Shown here: in pieces, positions 27,218 through 41,322 of the stretch
How positions within the stretch are numbered: the first letter of the stretch is position 1
Layout of the letters: each line of letters opens with the position of its first letter
Assembly: GCF_001949145.1 (NCBI RefSeq)
Contig: NW_019091357.1
Location: 2,338,114 to 2,402,113 of the forward strand
DNA length: 64,000 bases
Direction: 5' to 3'
Source of the DNA: Acanthaster planci
Taxonomy: Eukaryota
Made by a program: the position numbers and the translations under genes
Notes under the pieces: generated by a model
The model's database searches: none
Told to the model about the DNA's origin: nothing
What the model saw: only the letters and a program-made list of their open reading frames with translations

Positions 27218-30200
27218 TTAGCTGAGGGTGAAAGCAGAAACTGAAGCAAAAGTTGAAAAGAGGGAAAGAGTCGCGGGCTCACCAGCAACAGACTTTACTT
27301 GTATCGATACCCAGCACGAAATGCGGTAAAGGGGTATCTCCATCCTTCCATGTGACACGGGAGCTAGGTACCCTGCTATTGTACCGACTGCGTTCCCTCT
27401 GAAAACCTGAAAGGTATTCGCAAGATTCCTACGACACAAAAGAGGTGGGGGGGGGGTTTCTTTGCCGCATACCGCGCATCATAATGGTTGTATCGCCCTC
27501 CCGTGTTTTTGTCCTCTCGACTCTTTTTGAGGAGGAGACCTTGACGAGGATTGTTACTGCATTGGACTAACACCCCCCCCCTCCTCCGTCGGGACCCCGG
27601 TAATCAGTGAGACCACCAGCCCCTCGACCATCCGCCCCACGATGGGGCGTCCGCGTACAGTTCAGCAGCAGTTCGTCTCAGGGTTTGTAAAAAAAATTTT
27701 ATACAGATGCAGTTTGCCTTTCCACTCTTTTATTCAGTGCCTCGGCCATGCGACGTCTGCCGTCCCCACAACCCTTCAAATGAAATTGGTTTCGACGGCA
27801 AAAGATAATCTTTCTGCAATTATCAGCGTGTTTACAGCGGTTGCCGACGTAGAGCCTATTGTTGTATTCCCCTCCCACCCCACCCCACCCCCCCTCTTTT
27901 GTAGATAGAGGGGTGCTTGGGGTGGCCCACTGCTCTGCTAATAAATGACCACCGCGTCATAAAGCAAGGGGATTTCTGGGCAGTGAATTTGTTTACGGCT
28001 GCTTTTGGCGGCTTTGGCTGTTTATCCACCTGTTCTCTGAGGACAGACTTCCCTTTAATTGCACGGACCGGCCCCGGCTAAATAGCGGCCTCGGCCAGAC
28101 ACAATAGAAGGCAATGGGACGTTGATACCTGTGTCAGAGGCAAATTAGGACCAAGCCTGAAATATTTTCGTGTTGATAACGGGGATGTGGTCAGCTGGAG
28201 GTTTGGCCTCGTTATTCTGCCTATCTTAAGTACGTGAACAGTATATAGGGATGCCTGGATGCCTCCCCTGCTTACTCCCGATCCTATGCATCGTGCTCGG
28301 GCAATCATTGATCGTATAAATCCTGGGAGCTCCACCACCATGTTTGCGACAAGATTTTCTGAATGGCGAACAAAAAGTCCAGCATGGATTTTTCCTAAGC
28401 AACGTTTCTCTGTTCCCTGTGGAAGGGGAGAAAAAAAAAAGCCTCGGCGAATATCTGATCGACCCGCTGCAATCAGAAAAGAAGAAGAAAAAGTCCGGTG
28501 AAAAGGCACGGAGCCCTGGATCCCAGCGTGTCCGGGCCTCACCCCTCGTGGGTCGAATTGCCTCTTTGTCCCGCGGAATGTATCCGCTTTTGTCCCGAAG
28601 TGTTTTCGAGTGCCTCGGATTCTTTAAGCAGGGCTGCTCACCGATCGATCCGCGGCCTGAATATCCCATTGGTCCAGTTACAATTAAAATATTTGATTTC
28701 TCGGTGCTTCGGTATGCGTGACCGTACACATGCCCCGTCACTGGGGCTCTCGCGATCCATCTTCCCCTCTGCTCTCCCCCCCCCCCATCTCTTGGTTCTC
28801 CGTTCCTGGGATTCGGTCCGGCCCGAGTTCTAGTACCGCTTTGCCGTGACCAGGAGAATCTCTTAAGATGACACGGTTGTTGACACCACAAGTGTTATTG
28901 CAGCCAGTTGAGATAGGCCGTCAGTGACTATCCAGTAACCGCGCCATTATTGCCCGGCGAGCTCAGTGGCGCTCTATCGTCTAGCCTTGCCTCCACTAGC
29001 TCTTTCCCTCAACAGAAAGACCTGAAACTTGAATCACGTCAAAAATACCGAGTAGTGTTATTTTACTGTCAAAATTTACTTCAGTGTACTCGAAAGTGTC
29101 TACTTCTTAACATTCAGCGAAATTTACAACGCTTTCACATTTTTCAAAATTAAAATGAAAGGGTGTTCACAGACGACTGAGTTCTGTTCACCCATTATGT
29201 AAAATGCCTTCAAGTTGACTGATTTTTTCGAAGTTCTACGCGCAAAAGATAGTCGGGGGGGTCACCAAAGATTATGCTTTTTGGTGGTCTGGCCTATTCC
29301 TTGCTCTATGGTCTGGCCAAGTGCCGCCTTTTCCAGGGAGCCGTCTTCTTGCTGTATAATTTATCATACACGACGACAGCGGACACGCGACCCTAACGCC
29401 TCACTGATTTATGGCCTATCGCCGTCAGCCCGTTAAAACAAGACCATCTTGTTAAATACCCGCCATAAATCTACTGCTCGTAAAACTGGTGGCGAATTTA
29501 CGCAGCGTCGGTATGTGACATGACGCTTTCATACCGTGTCCGACCAGTTGTGGTAGACTCGCGGTATGTACAGTATATATACTGTATAAGTGGCATTTTG
29601 TGGCGATGCCGTTGAGCACAGGGGAAGTTGCTGTGGGTTTGTGCTGGGTAAAATGTACTGTGGTTTTGGCAGGAAAGTGCTCATCTTTTATTGAAAGCCT
29701 TGGCATGTCCTGGGACGGATCATGAGATCCCAGTCTAGTTTCCTTAATGCCATGTACATCGTTGAATTAGAAAACTCTTTGATGACTTCGACAATGCGAT
29801 GGCTCACTTGTAATGACCTGATATCTGTTTTCTTTGTCCACATTCTGCGGGTTCGTTCTCCACGTCCAAGACTCCCCTGTGACAATTTGACATCCTCTTT
29901 CCCAGTCTTGCCTAGCCATCATTCAATTTCCCTTGAACCCGGTAGCCTGTCTGAACTTGTATGATGGAGCGAGGAACTGCGCATGTAACTCGCCGCCATC
30001 AGCAACATATCTTTTTTGATTACCCTCTCGCAGAAGGTTGTCACCGAGCCTCTCTGCCCTCCGCACACTGCCGCCATTGTGGACGGTACCGATCATACGT
30101 CATCAAGTTGAAGTTGGTGACCTTTGACCCCGGCTGCGTCTAGCCCTGATTGCTCGCATTTGTATACCCGCCACGTCGGTGAAATTGGCGCGATTTCAGG

Positions 30201-30954
30201 CGAGGACAGACGAGTGCTCTAGGCAGGGGAGCATTCTCCTTAAGATCTGCCTTGAAAGACGAGCTTTCGCCGGTTGGGTATCGGGTGACACAAGGCTCTT
30301 TCACGGCCTTTTTTCCTGAGTTCGATTGAGCCCCGGCTAAAACCCCAAGGGTTTCTGGGAAGGATATGTGTCGTCACCTCTGCCAAGAGCTTCATTGAAA
30401 ATTTGATCGCCATTTGGTCGGCCATTTTGAAGCAGATTTCTCTTTTCTTTCCTTTTCTTTTTTAATCTCGTGGTCCAGACACATTCAACAAAAGCTTTCC
30501 CAGAGATCGATTTCCTCTTTGTGTTGACAGGGTTCTGTTGCATTAAATTGTTTTAGTAACTCGCTCTGACATCACATCGGAAGACGTCGCTTTGCATCCG
30601 TCAGGAGACCACATAATCACAGCTGAAGGGATAGACTAATTAAATCAAGCAAGCTGTAACCATTGTGTTCTTCAATCCTGTAGTACCCTGTCTGAGGCTC
30701 CTTGACAGCACCACTGAAATCACACCTTTATTCTTGAATAAAAAAAAAACTATTAAGTTTCCAACAGCCACCATATAGTTGATGAAACAGGATGCTTTGC
30801 GTATCAAATATTGCCAACTATTGATATATATTTATTTATCTTAAAGATACAGCGAACCATTCTAGGGTCTTCCTATGCAAGTGCAGTTAAGGTGTGCCAA
30901 AACCTGAGATTGTTCTTGTTGGAGACTAAACTGCGTGTTTTCTTTTCTTTGCAG

Positions 30955-31018
30955 GGAGCACACGATGATGGTTCCAACTATATACACGGCGATCATCATT
31001 CATCAGTTATTAGAAAAG
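30955..31018 (+). CDS. TFAP2: Transcription factor AP-2, small linker exon equivalent to vertebrate exon 3
   Basis: TTTTCTTTTCTTTGCAG acceptor and AAG|GTGAGT consensus donor; 64 nt, phase 0 in and phase 1 out, which joins the flanking exons exactly. Translates GAHDDGSNYIHGDHHSSVIRK+G, resembling the vertebrate exon-3 ending (D)QTVIKKG. Confidence 0.88.
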
Positions 31019-34000
31019 GTGAGTTTAAAAATGAAAAAAAAAAATCAAAAACTCTGGAGGGCGCTCTCCCTGACTACATTTCATACTTGGAACAAACCGA
31101 TTATCCTGGTAACGTTAACGTGACGCTTTTGCCAGTGATCGGAGTTAAGACATGAGGTCAGCACACAGATTGTCCAGAAAAAAAATCCAAATGTTACAGT
31201 ATTCTTTGTATGACGTCATAGTACTCTGTGTTAGGGGAAAACTTAGCAAGGCTGGCGCCATAAGACTGGGCTCAAAGCTTGGTCGGTTGTACTAAATTTG
31301 TAGTTCGCAATTAGTTCGACAAATTTCATTTCATTTTCCCGACTTACGTATCAGCGTAGCCTTCTATTTCAATGCATATTAGCTTCTGGGTACAAGTGCA
31401 CTTGGCAATGGATACAGTTTTTACCTACCTCATTTGCGCTATGGCACTTGCCACTTGCAGCAGCACGTCACCTAGAATGGTGTTCTCGATGTGAACAGAT
31501 GCATAGATGCAAGCTTTGTGAAGATGATTCATTGTGGATAAGTTTTTCGTAATATTAGTTGGTATCTGTTATTGTGTAGTAGGTGTTATGTTCGCTCACT
31601 GTGAGTTATTTCTGATGACATCTTTTTTTGTAAACCAACTCTGACAGCGCATATTTTACGTGGCACCTGTGTGCGTGCATTGAATGACCCGGATTAAATT
31701 GAGATTCAAACCCCGCCAGGTTGGCCACTTTACCGGTTGCTCCATCCAGTCCGAGGCCAACCGGCGCAATTTTTTCGCACGAGCGGGTTGTTCGGGGTCT
31801 GTCGAGGTTCAACCGGCTAGAAATTGGCCTCGTCTCTTGTTTCACCAGCAGGCGAGCGGGTTCATCAGTAGGGATTAGACTGTTTATTCTGCTAATGAAA
31901 ATGAAAGCCCGGTTGCCGCCGCGCGAGATGAAACGGCGGGGGCAACGCGTCGCGCGTGGGTCGAATCGCGGGATGGAGCTGACAGTCGTCGTGCTCCTGT
32001 CAGAACACAAGACGAGAGATCCCGATCGTGGATAGCACGAGAAAGAGCGCAAGTGAGAGATCGGTTCAGGACGATGTGAACACATAGGCAAGACGGACGC
32101 ACTGTTTTATCAGAGATGATTTCCCCCTAATTGTCGACCAGGGAGCCGTGGCGGTTGATTGCTCACCGGCCGAGCAGTGCGCTTCGCCGCGCATAAAGAT
32201 GCTTCCGTGACCGCGACAAATTCACTAACGATCGCTGGCCCAAAAAAAATCCACCAGTCTCTATCGTTTAACATTTCAGCCATAAACCAAAGTAAAAATA
32301 AAGATGCACAGTTCCACCACGAAATTGCCCCTCACTTTTTTCAACCTATATTCTGATCGCCAAATCGGTACAGAATAATCCAGTCTAGAGAAATCGAATC
32401 ATAAGTGAAAAGTACAAAAAACCAAACACCGAAAATGAGAGTCCATCAGAATAACTTGGGCGAAATAGACTGCTTCACAATGACTGAAATGGGTTTGCGA
32501 GTCAAGTACCATACAGCTTATAAATATTATCATTATACCTCATGAATAAATTAAGAAAAGCAGGCAAATGGGATGTTGAATAATATATTTATATACCATT
32601 TGGAAAGTATTCGTGTCATATTCCTAGTATTCTCATGTTTCTTCCTTCAGTCGTCGGTCTATTGTCAGCTACCGGCTTGTTTTGATAATCTTACAATTCC
32701 TTCTCTTTGAATAATTTCGCGTGTATTCTTTTGCCCCCAGTCGTCTATTGACGTCTTTCCGCTATATTTGATAGACTGCCATTCTGTCTAAGTGCCTGGG
32801 ATGATTTAATACATTAGGATGTTTCTTGTCGTGTCCCAGGTGAATATTTTGATCAATTCATAACGGCCATTTTTGCCCATTATCGGTTGGGCTCTGCTCC
32901 GCGTTGCGAGGACTGTATTATGATCCATTTCTGGCTGTCCGGCGCGCGCGCGACCCGAGCGTAAACTGGCCGTGCACAGCTCTTCGTTAATTATTTAAAA
33001 GCGCCTTTCTCCAGTATGTAAGCTAATAACATGTCGAGGCTGACTCGCTCTCACAGTGTGCTGTGTTGAATTAAATTAATCTCCTTGTTCGGTGTGATGG
33101 CAATCATGCATGGCCGGCCAATTCCAAGCTTCTATCCCGAAAAAAAAAAACTACCGAGCGCTCCGGTCCGGGGGCAGAGCTAAGGCGAAGGAAAAGGCCC
33201 TGGTTTTGCTTCACTCAAACCCGCTGCACTTTTCAGGTCAACGGTCCTCTCCTGAAAACCTTCAACCTCATCAAGGAGTCTGTGTGTATATTCTCGGCAA
33301 TATCCAAGCAGAATTGATTTGAAGTGTGGAAAATTGATTACCAGAATTTAATACAAACAAGACAGGCGGGGAAAAGGCTCCATCGCACAGTGGGTGGTTG
33401 TGAAGGCCGACAAATTACTCTGAAAAATTCACACCCAGTGAGCTACCAAATGTGACGAAGAGCAGAAATATACCGCACTACCACTTCTGGCAAGGGAAAG
33501 GTTCTTCTTTCTGAATCAAGCAACTTGTACTATTAAACAAATGAATATCTCTTGCTGGATTTTGAGGAATGGATTTGTAATTTGGTTAAGTGAGATGCGC
33601 AAAGGTGACTGCACACTTCTCGTAATATATACATATATATATATTTCCAAGACCGTTGCGTGAATCATCACATGACTCATCACATGATCTATCCCAACGT
33701 TGGACGCTTCCGAGTCTTGGCAGTCAAAATATTTATACTATTTTAAGTCACCCCAACTCTATAGCTTGGGGGGGTCATAATTGTAAAGAAATTGCTTTTC
33801 TTAGCAATAGCAGAAAGTAAAAATTGCGGATAACCTAATATTTATATCATCATTAGGTTAAATTCTTTTATAACTTATCAGCAATTCAAAAATTATAAGG
33901 ACCAAACGATATTAACAGAAACCGAGTGAAACATCTCAAGTGAACGACTGCCGGTTAAAATGGAACGTATTTAAAAAGGGACACTGGTTAGTTTTATTTG

Positions 34001-37000
34001 TACTCCTGAAAAACGTCAGGGCTGGGAAAGGGACTTGACTGGCTCAGAATTTGGACTGGCCGACCTCCTAATCAGAAACACTGGTACAGTCGATGTTGAG
34101 ACCCAACATCAGTTCACTGTGCATTTACTGACTGGACCGAGTCCATGTTAAACCCCAGCACGGAATCCAGTGTTTGTACGCGGTTGGTATACACTGGCCT
34201 CCCCGGTTATGCATTTTCATTAATCGTAACCTGCTTCACCCGAACAAAAAAGCCCCTCACATATCTAGGTCTTTGGACTTGCTGGCGGTGGCAATGCCCT
34301 GAGCTAACCCGCTTGTCGGCTCGGACGCTCCGCTGCTTCCATTGTTGTCGTGCCCAGGGCCAGGTAGCTCGGAGACCTCACCTGTCGAAGAGTTACCGCT
34401 TCATCGCACCCAACCATCGGCGTCTCGCTGGGATTACTAACATGTCCTACGCAGGATTATTACAATAGAAAAATGGCTGCGTAAGGTTTGTGTGGCGTTG
34501 AAATAAAAAAGCCCCAGTGCGCATAGCCGCGCGTGTGATTGTTGAAGAACACGAAAATCTTGTTGTTAATGTAATGCTATAGAGGAGCGCTGTGACTTTT
34601 GGTTTCGCTGTGCCAATGTTAATGCAACGTTATTGCTCTGCGCAAGATTTCAGAAGCGAGCATAATGGCAACTTCACGGTGCTCTAGAAATCCCAATCCC
34701 TGTCACAATTTGAGCGGGCCTTCGGTGCTTTTTTTGAGGGGGGGATGTTCAGCGGGGAGAGCGGTGTGTGTCAGTTGGCAAATTGGGATGACGAATACAC
34801 TGGTTCGGATATGGCAATTTACCTGCGAACGCGACAATGTCCGAAGCTTATATAAGTGGCGATGCTATTGCCTTTCGTCAAAACCACCTTGCTGGGGGAA
34901 AGACGAGGGGACAGTGGTTTTATTTAGGTCACTCATGCCCCGCCAGCGCCGATGCATGCTTTGATGGCACCACCGGGCGTCCAATTCCCTCATTGTTCGG
35001 CGCGTATATAGTCAAAATATTACGTGAATATTGCTGTTATTGCCCATGATATTATGGTTTAACCAGCTATTGAAATGCACCGTTGAATGGGCCGCCTTGT
35101 CAACGCGTTGCCCATGTCTTTGATTACGCATTGTGGCCGGGAATCACAATATGAGCCTTGATTATTCCATTTGCCAGGATTCTGCAGAACAGGGCTTCAA
35201 TTTCTCTTCACGAGTTTCCTCTCTTTTTTTATTTCATTTTATTATTTTTTTCAGTTAGGTGGGAAATAAAACGCCACTGATAATATCAGGTGAACACGAA
35301 ACATAATCCCGCCAAATTAGGCAAGTTTGATTGGTGCAAGGCAGCGCATGTGGCGGATTAAATCACGGCTATTTTCCACGGCCAAAGTGTCAGGGTAATT
35401 GGAGTCCGTATGCCTATGCACGTTCTTTTTGTCGGTCGGAGTTATTTCAGACAGCCTTGTGTTGAGTTTGCCGACAAAAACAGAAACATAATGAACCCAG
35501 CAACCATCCAACTAGTAAAATTTAACCTTTGACCCCTCTACTTGTCATTTTTATATAAAACATGTACATACAAATGCCTCATTGGTACAATAAGTGAATT
35601 CACTATTTTGATAGCTGTTAGATGCTATTTTTAAATTATTCAAATCTTGTCACAGGTTGAAGAAACTGTCATAGTAAAACAGCAATATTGTAGCAATGAA
35701 AATCTGTGAATAGACGTCATTGATGCCCATTCACGTCTGCGCATGCCCAACCCTAAAACGGCATCAGGTCGATGAGCTCGAAAGTACATGTATTTATGTT
35801 ACCGAAGCGAAACTAGTTGAAGAGAACAAGTCTCACAACTGCCCGTGAAACTGGGACGTTTCTGGAAAATGCAACAACTCGAGACGTCCAGGAACCAAAT
35901 TAGACAGTCGCGGTCGTATCTATCGTTTGGCAGCCACTGTCCGATTCGAATGCAGCCAACATGACGTCAAATTTAAAGAAAACATTGTCGTTACCGTAGA
36001 GTGGTCTCTGCAGCAGGGTTTTAGTTACAATTTCCATCTTCATACAAACGGTTTCAGAATTTCCCATCAAGGGGTTGTTGTTCTTGCACGCGGCGGGTGT
36101 TATTACAAGGCAAACGGAGTCGCCACTGCTCGAGATAAGACTAACTCTATTATTTGTCCGGCAATGGCGCACGGCAGCGCCTTTATCTCGGCTCTATATA
36201 AGGGAATGTTTGTGGGTCTCCAGGGAGCCTTCCAGTTGGTCCCCTGCACTGCAACATTCCCCAATCAAGAGGAGAGTCATAATTGATCCCCATCTTGCCT
36301 TTTTCCCCCCCCGCGTTTCATTATGAGAAAAGCGCGCAAAAATGGCCAGATTGCGATCTCTGAGGCTCTACTGTTTCCTACTGGGCTCTTACTACGGGCG
36401 CTCTATCTCAGCGATGATCAGCGTGCGAGTACTGCCAAGAAAAGGTTATCGTTCTGAGTTTGACAGCGCGAAAGGGGGGGGGCGATGTAGGCTTTGCCGA
36501 GCTTGCAACAGAGAAAGAAGAGGGGGGAAAAATAGTAGATAGTGATTATCTGCGGCCAGCTAGAACTATCAATGTCTTGAGTGATTTGCGATAGAGGCGA
36601 AGGATGATACTAGACCGCGGTCACTCACTCACACAAGGTTATAGATCCACGACTGGGCCTTTCCATCAAGACTCGATGATAACAGAGTTCAGTTTGAAGT
36701 ACCAAAAATGTACACCATGGATGACAGTCTATATCTATGGTGTTCACTCACACTTTCTATGGAATGAATATGTTTGCAGAAAAGTACCAGAAATTAGTTG
36801 TTCACATTCCACCTTCGTTTCAGCAATTTTTTAAAGCCCTATATTATCTCCAAGTTCAATCAAAGCCATGTATTGTGTGGTACACAGAATTGGAATGGTT
36901 TATAATTACTGGAAAAAAATTATGTTGATTTGTCCATTTTAAGTTCATTTTTGTTAAGACTGAGTGCGTTTGTGTCCCTTACCCGGCTCTTTCCCTCGTC

Positions 37001-38977
37001 CAACGCCAGGTCATGATTTTGCCTGACGGTTCTACTCACCTTCTACGTGTGAGATTAGCCCCAGATTCCGCGCATTCCCTGACGGATACACGATCCGTTT
37101 GTTTCGTTTTGATCACACACTTCAATGGGCAAGCCCGCAGACTGGCATTTTCTTGATAAGGCACCATGTGTGAAATTTTGATACACGCGGCGCACCATAC
37201 GCATTCTACTCGCGCCATCTTAGGTAGATAGCCTGCGCCCGTTAAAAAGCGAATTGATCCTTAAAACGTCCGGCTTGTTTATCCTTTTCTTCCTCAATGT
37301 ATGTTCCCGTTTTACCCTTCGATAGTCATCAATCAAAGTCAAGATAGTTTCATTCATTTTTGTTAAAACTTTGGACTGTTTTTAATCTGTGGTTTCCATC
37401 ATTATATTAAGGTGACTAGGCACGGTAGCCACATGCACTAATGAGGACTGGACAGGAAGATGCCAAATGTAGATTAGATGAAAGCACTATGGAAGTCTAT
37501 TTAAGTTTCGGAAATAACGAGAGACTTGCGCAGTTAAACCCCCAAACGGAAGTTTAGTTTACAGTGATTTAAGGCCATCAGTTTGAGTGCAGCTTGTTGG
37601 GGGCTAAATGTTTTTCCAACCTAACGCACTTCTGACTAGAGGAGTTTTCTCTCAAACTTGAAAATAAAGTGCCTGTGTGGAAACAAGTCGGTGGTACTCA
37701 GAGTTCATTGTCCCCGAACTGCTGTAAAATCAGAGGGAGAAAGGGACGCCGGCTCTGCAGAGAATGTGGTTTATATACTTAAACCAGAAATGTGCACACT
37801 GTTCTTTCAGGGATTTTCCGCTCCAGAAAACTCGGATCAAGAGATTTGTTGAGGAGGAGAAAAAAAAAGGAGAGAGAGAGAAAAAAGAAAACCCAGTGTG
37901 AGAAGTGGCTTTAAAAAAGTGTCTAGCTGTACTTAAAACCACGGAGGACCCGCGTTCATTAACGTGGAGGGAAGTTGACGGCTGTGAGTGGGTCGAACAG
38001 CGGGTAGTGTGTAGACATTTTGCCAGGCCCTTTCTTCGCGCATTTCACGGTCCGGCTGGCGGACACATGTCACCGAAACAAGCCGCCCAAGCGCTTGCTG
38101 ATGCCGGCACGGTATACCCTTGATCTCCGGCAGCGAGACGGTGATGTCCCCCTTTTTTCTTAGTCTCTCGGGCCTTGTCCTGAGCCAGTCAAGTTGCGGT
38201 CGCGGGCGAATTAAGGAAAAAAGCCATTTTTGAGGGGCGCAATGTTGCAAATGTTTTTGGAAAAAAAAATCAAAACCTTTCATTATACTTCAATTCTTTG
38301 TCTGGGACAACACGGTGTCACAGGGGACTAGTGTGTAGGCGTAGACTGTTTGGGTGTTCGTTTAAATGTGAAAGGGAGGTATGTTAGCGGTTGGTTTCTC
38401 CCAATATTACACGGTCAAATAGTCCAGGCAGGAGGCTAATTTCATTGTCCAACCGCTAAAATGTACTGATAAAAGCTTTTTGCGTGTGGACACGTCAGAA
38501 AACTTGGCTGTCTACCATGCTCCCTGTTCATTGTCCCCGACGCTGTGCCACGCACGCAAATTAAATTGCCACGGCACATACCATAGAAATCTCATTAAGA
38601 GGAGAAGATACCCCAAAAAACTATACATCATATGGCAAACCGTTAGCAGTCTACCTGACATTACAAGCGAGTGCGTTAACGTCGCAAGAGCTTAAGTGTT
38701 TTTTTTTTCCTATGAGTGAGCGTTGAATTCCCCCAGCCCTCGGTTAATCCCTACCCCCCACCTTCCCTCTGTAAGAAGCCTGCTTTTCCTGTCAGGATTC
38801 CAAACCCAGCTGGGAGGAAGTCCCTGGCTTTCGCACCGCCAGTCCCTTATCCATCGAGCCCCGGCCCTGTAAAAGGACAAGAGCACGGCGCTTGGCCAAC
38901 CTGACAACTCCTCGTCTGCTGTGAAATATATAGGAAGAGAGAGAGTCTCCGTCAGGCTGTTATCAACCTTCTGTGTT

Positions 38978-39271
38978 GTTGTTTTGTTTTTAATGGCGCT
39001 GTCAGCTACTCAGGCGATGTCAGCTACTCAGGCGATTTGCACCAGTAACTATACGTTTATTCATAACCTTTATTAAGCAGCATCACATAAAGGAGTTAGG
39101 AAGAAGGTCTAGTTTTAGAGGCAGGAGGAAACCGGAGTACCGGGAGAAAACCTGCGAGAGCGAGTATGGACTGGAAACCAAATGCGCTTAAAGCCTGGGC
39201 CAAGCCGGGACTTGAACCCGGGCCTCATTAGTGCAAAGCGAGGAAAGAATCGCTACGCTAACCCGCCCCCC
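38978..39271 (-). mobile_element. Full-length tRNA-derived SINE with target-site duplication
   Basis: Minus strand reads GGGGGGCGGGTTAGCGTAGCG (A-box-like) ... GGGTTCAAGTCCC (B box) ... GGTTTTCTCCCGGTACTCCGGTTTCCTCC (central motif widespread in metazoan SINEs) ... AATCGCCTGAG...CAGCGCCATT-AAAAACAAAACAAC (LINE-like 3' end with A-rich tail). Flanked by ACCTTCTGTGTT (38966-38977) and ACCTTTCTGTGTT (39272-39284). Confidence 0.88.
39000..39035. repeat. 18-bp tandem duplication TGTCAGCTACTCAGGCGA x2 inside the SINE 3' tail
   Basis: Two exact adjacent copies, 39000-39017 and 39018-39035. Confidence 0.95.
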
Positions 39272-41322
39272 ACCTTTCTGTGTTCTCACATCCCTTTGCT
39301 TTTAAACACAGTGAAAAAAATGTCTCTGATGACCTGTGCTTTTGAACCAATGACCCCACAGCGTCATAAAAATTATTACGTCACGCCTTGACACAAATCC
39401 TAGCAAAGATCCAGTGCACTCACTGTTGCAGTTAGTGTACTGCCGTCAAAATGATTTTACGGTCCCAAATCACAAGTTTATATTATTTCTTGGACAGATA
39501 CGAATTGCACATAAACTTTGTGAAGGGTTTAAAAGAAACAAGGAATGCAATATCATTCTTCTGGATTCTTGAAATGATTTTCAATTATTTTAAATCCTTT
39601 AATCTGTATTCACAAAATAGCTGTGATAATTTGTATTTCTGAGACATCCGCTTAACTTTTTTATTGTGTCAAAATGCAATTTGTGATTCGATACTGTAAT
39701 ATTTTCTTCGTGTATTATTCAGCTTAACTGCATTTGAAACAACGCGCCCTCTTTCATAAAAAAAGCCCATTTTCAAAAGACTTCCCTTTCCAAGACTAGG
39801 ATACGGAACGCTCCTTTTATGGCGCACTTTTTTTTTTCCTTGTCGACGATTTCACGGGGATATAGGTCACTAGGCTAATACACCTTTCTGCTGGAAGGTG
39901 TGAGTGTACTTCGGTGTGAGACGAATTGAGGGCTAGAAGCCGTCCTCACTCCATTCCTTCTATATTATACCAGCTAGCCTCGGCTGGCCAAGGAACCCAT
40001 CCTGGCCTTAATTATTATCACCGGCTCCAACTCACCAGCAATCAAACACGCCCAGTCTTTCTGCGTTTGTTTAGCGCAGAGAGATGCGTTACAAAAAAAT
40101 AATAATAAAAAAAATACCAGGCCTGAGAAAAAAACTGGTCCACAGCAAACGGCGCGATATTAGGACAAATATTGCAACGAGGAAGGGTCCTTGGAGGTTA
40201 TAGGGAGGGCCTTGCCCCGCTCTATTGGCGGCATTGTGCAGGGTGCATTGTTCGGGGTACCAATCCCGTCTTTGGTATCAAAGTCTCAAGATGAAATCTG
40301 ACGGAGGGGTAGTGTTCCCTGCACGTTTTATGCGTTTGTATACAAACAATTATTATCACTGCGGGTAATAATGAGACCAGAATGGTTCATCAGGGAAACG
40401 GTATCCCGGACGGAGGCCTGTAGGGAACCTCCACGTGACCCCAAAAAAGGAGAAAATCCCAATAATAACATTCCCCGAGGAATGTTTTCGGAGGACTTCC
40501 ATTGTGTTGACACAATAAATGAGCACACGTCGTGGAATATAGGAAAGGATTTCTCATTGGGAAATCTTGACAAAAATTTACTATTTCCCATCAATTATGA
40601 GGACAGAAGATTACTCTTATTTTGGGAAAGTTTCTTGCAATATTAAGCCTAACCATAATTCTGGTGCGTTTGTGTGATCGTTGAAAAAAATAGAAGCGGC
40701 ATTTTGAATCATCCTTTTCACCTTCTTTTTGGCGATTGTGCTTTGGCAACTAGGGCTTCATTTCTGGTCTTTAGAATGATCTTGACACTGTATTCGAACG
40801 TTATATATTGTAAAGATCAAAAAGTGAAATCTTGTCACCTTAAACGCCCCGAAAAGCTACTTCTGCGTCATAATTGTTATGGCGCCTCACAGTGGATACA
40901 AAGAATCCCCCATCTTAGCAGACACTCTCCCTTCTCCCGTGTCATAAATTCGAGTTGGCCGCGTGTTGATTTTGAAAATCCCAACCTTTGACGAGATACA
41001 TCGCGATCGGGTCACGACATGATCACCCACACTCAATATACACCTGTATCCTGACTATCGGCGGCTAGTCGGGTTGCGTGTCGCCCGAGCATCACAGGCA
41101 CACACACACACATGCATTCACTTCAGCGAGGAATACCCTCTCGATCAATTAGAATTCCGCCACCCAATCTCATCTTGACCTAGTAGTGCAGCGCTCGAAC
41201 TCAGTTGATTTAGAGAGAGCATAAACTCGGGATCTATTTTAATCGTAGTCATCGTGACGGTACGGTAATCGGCGCGCATCGAGTGTAGACGGGCATAATT
41301 TGCATTCCGTCGTACCGAGCTG

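Larger units (their letters stand above)
1189..30954 (+). other. TFAP2: TFAP2 intron (GT-AG, 29,766 bp, phase 0)
   Basis: Bounded by GTAAGA and TTTGCAG; no additional AP-2-like coding exon recognised inside. Confidence 0.8.

Noticed and set aside
28078..28891. Overlapping 154-221 aa ORFs on both strands
   Set aside because: No protein-like motifs and homopolymer-derived runs; consistent with GC-rich non-coding DNA.
39200..39271. Possible tRNA gene (B box GGTTCAAGTCC)
   Set aside because: No complete cloverleaf, and it continues into a SINE core and tail; it is the SINE head.
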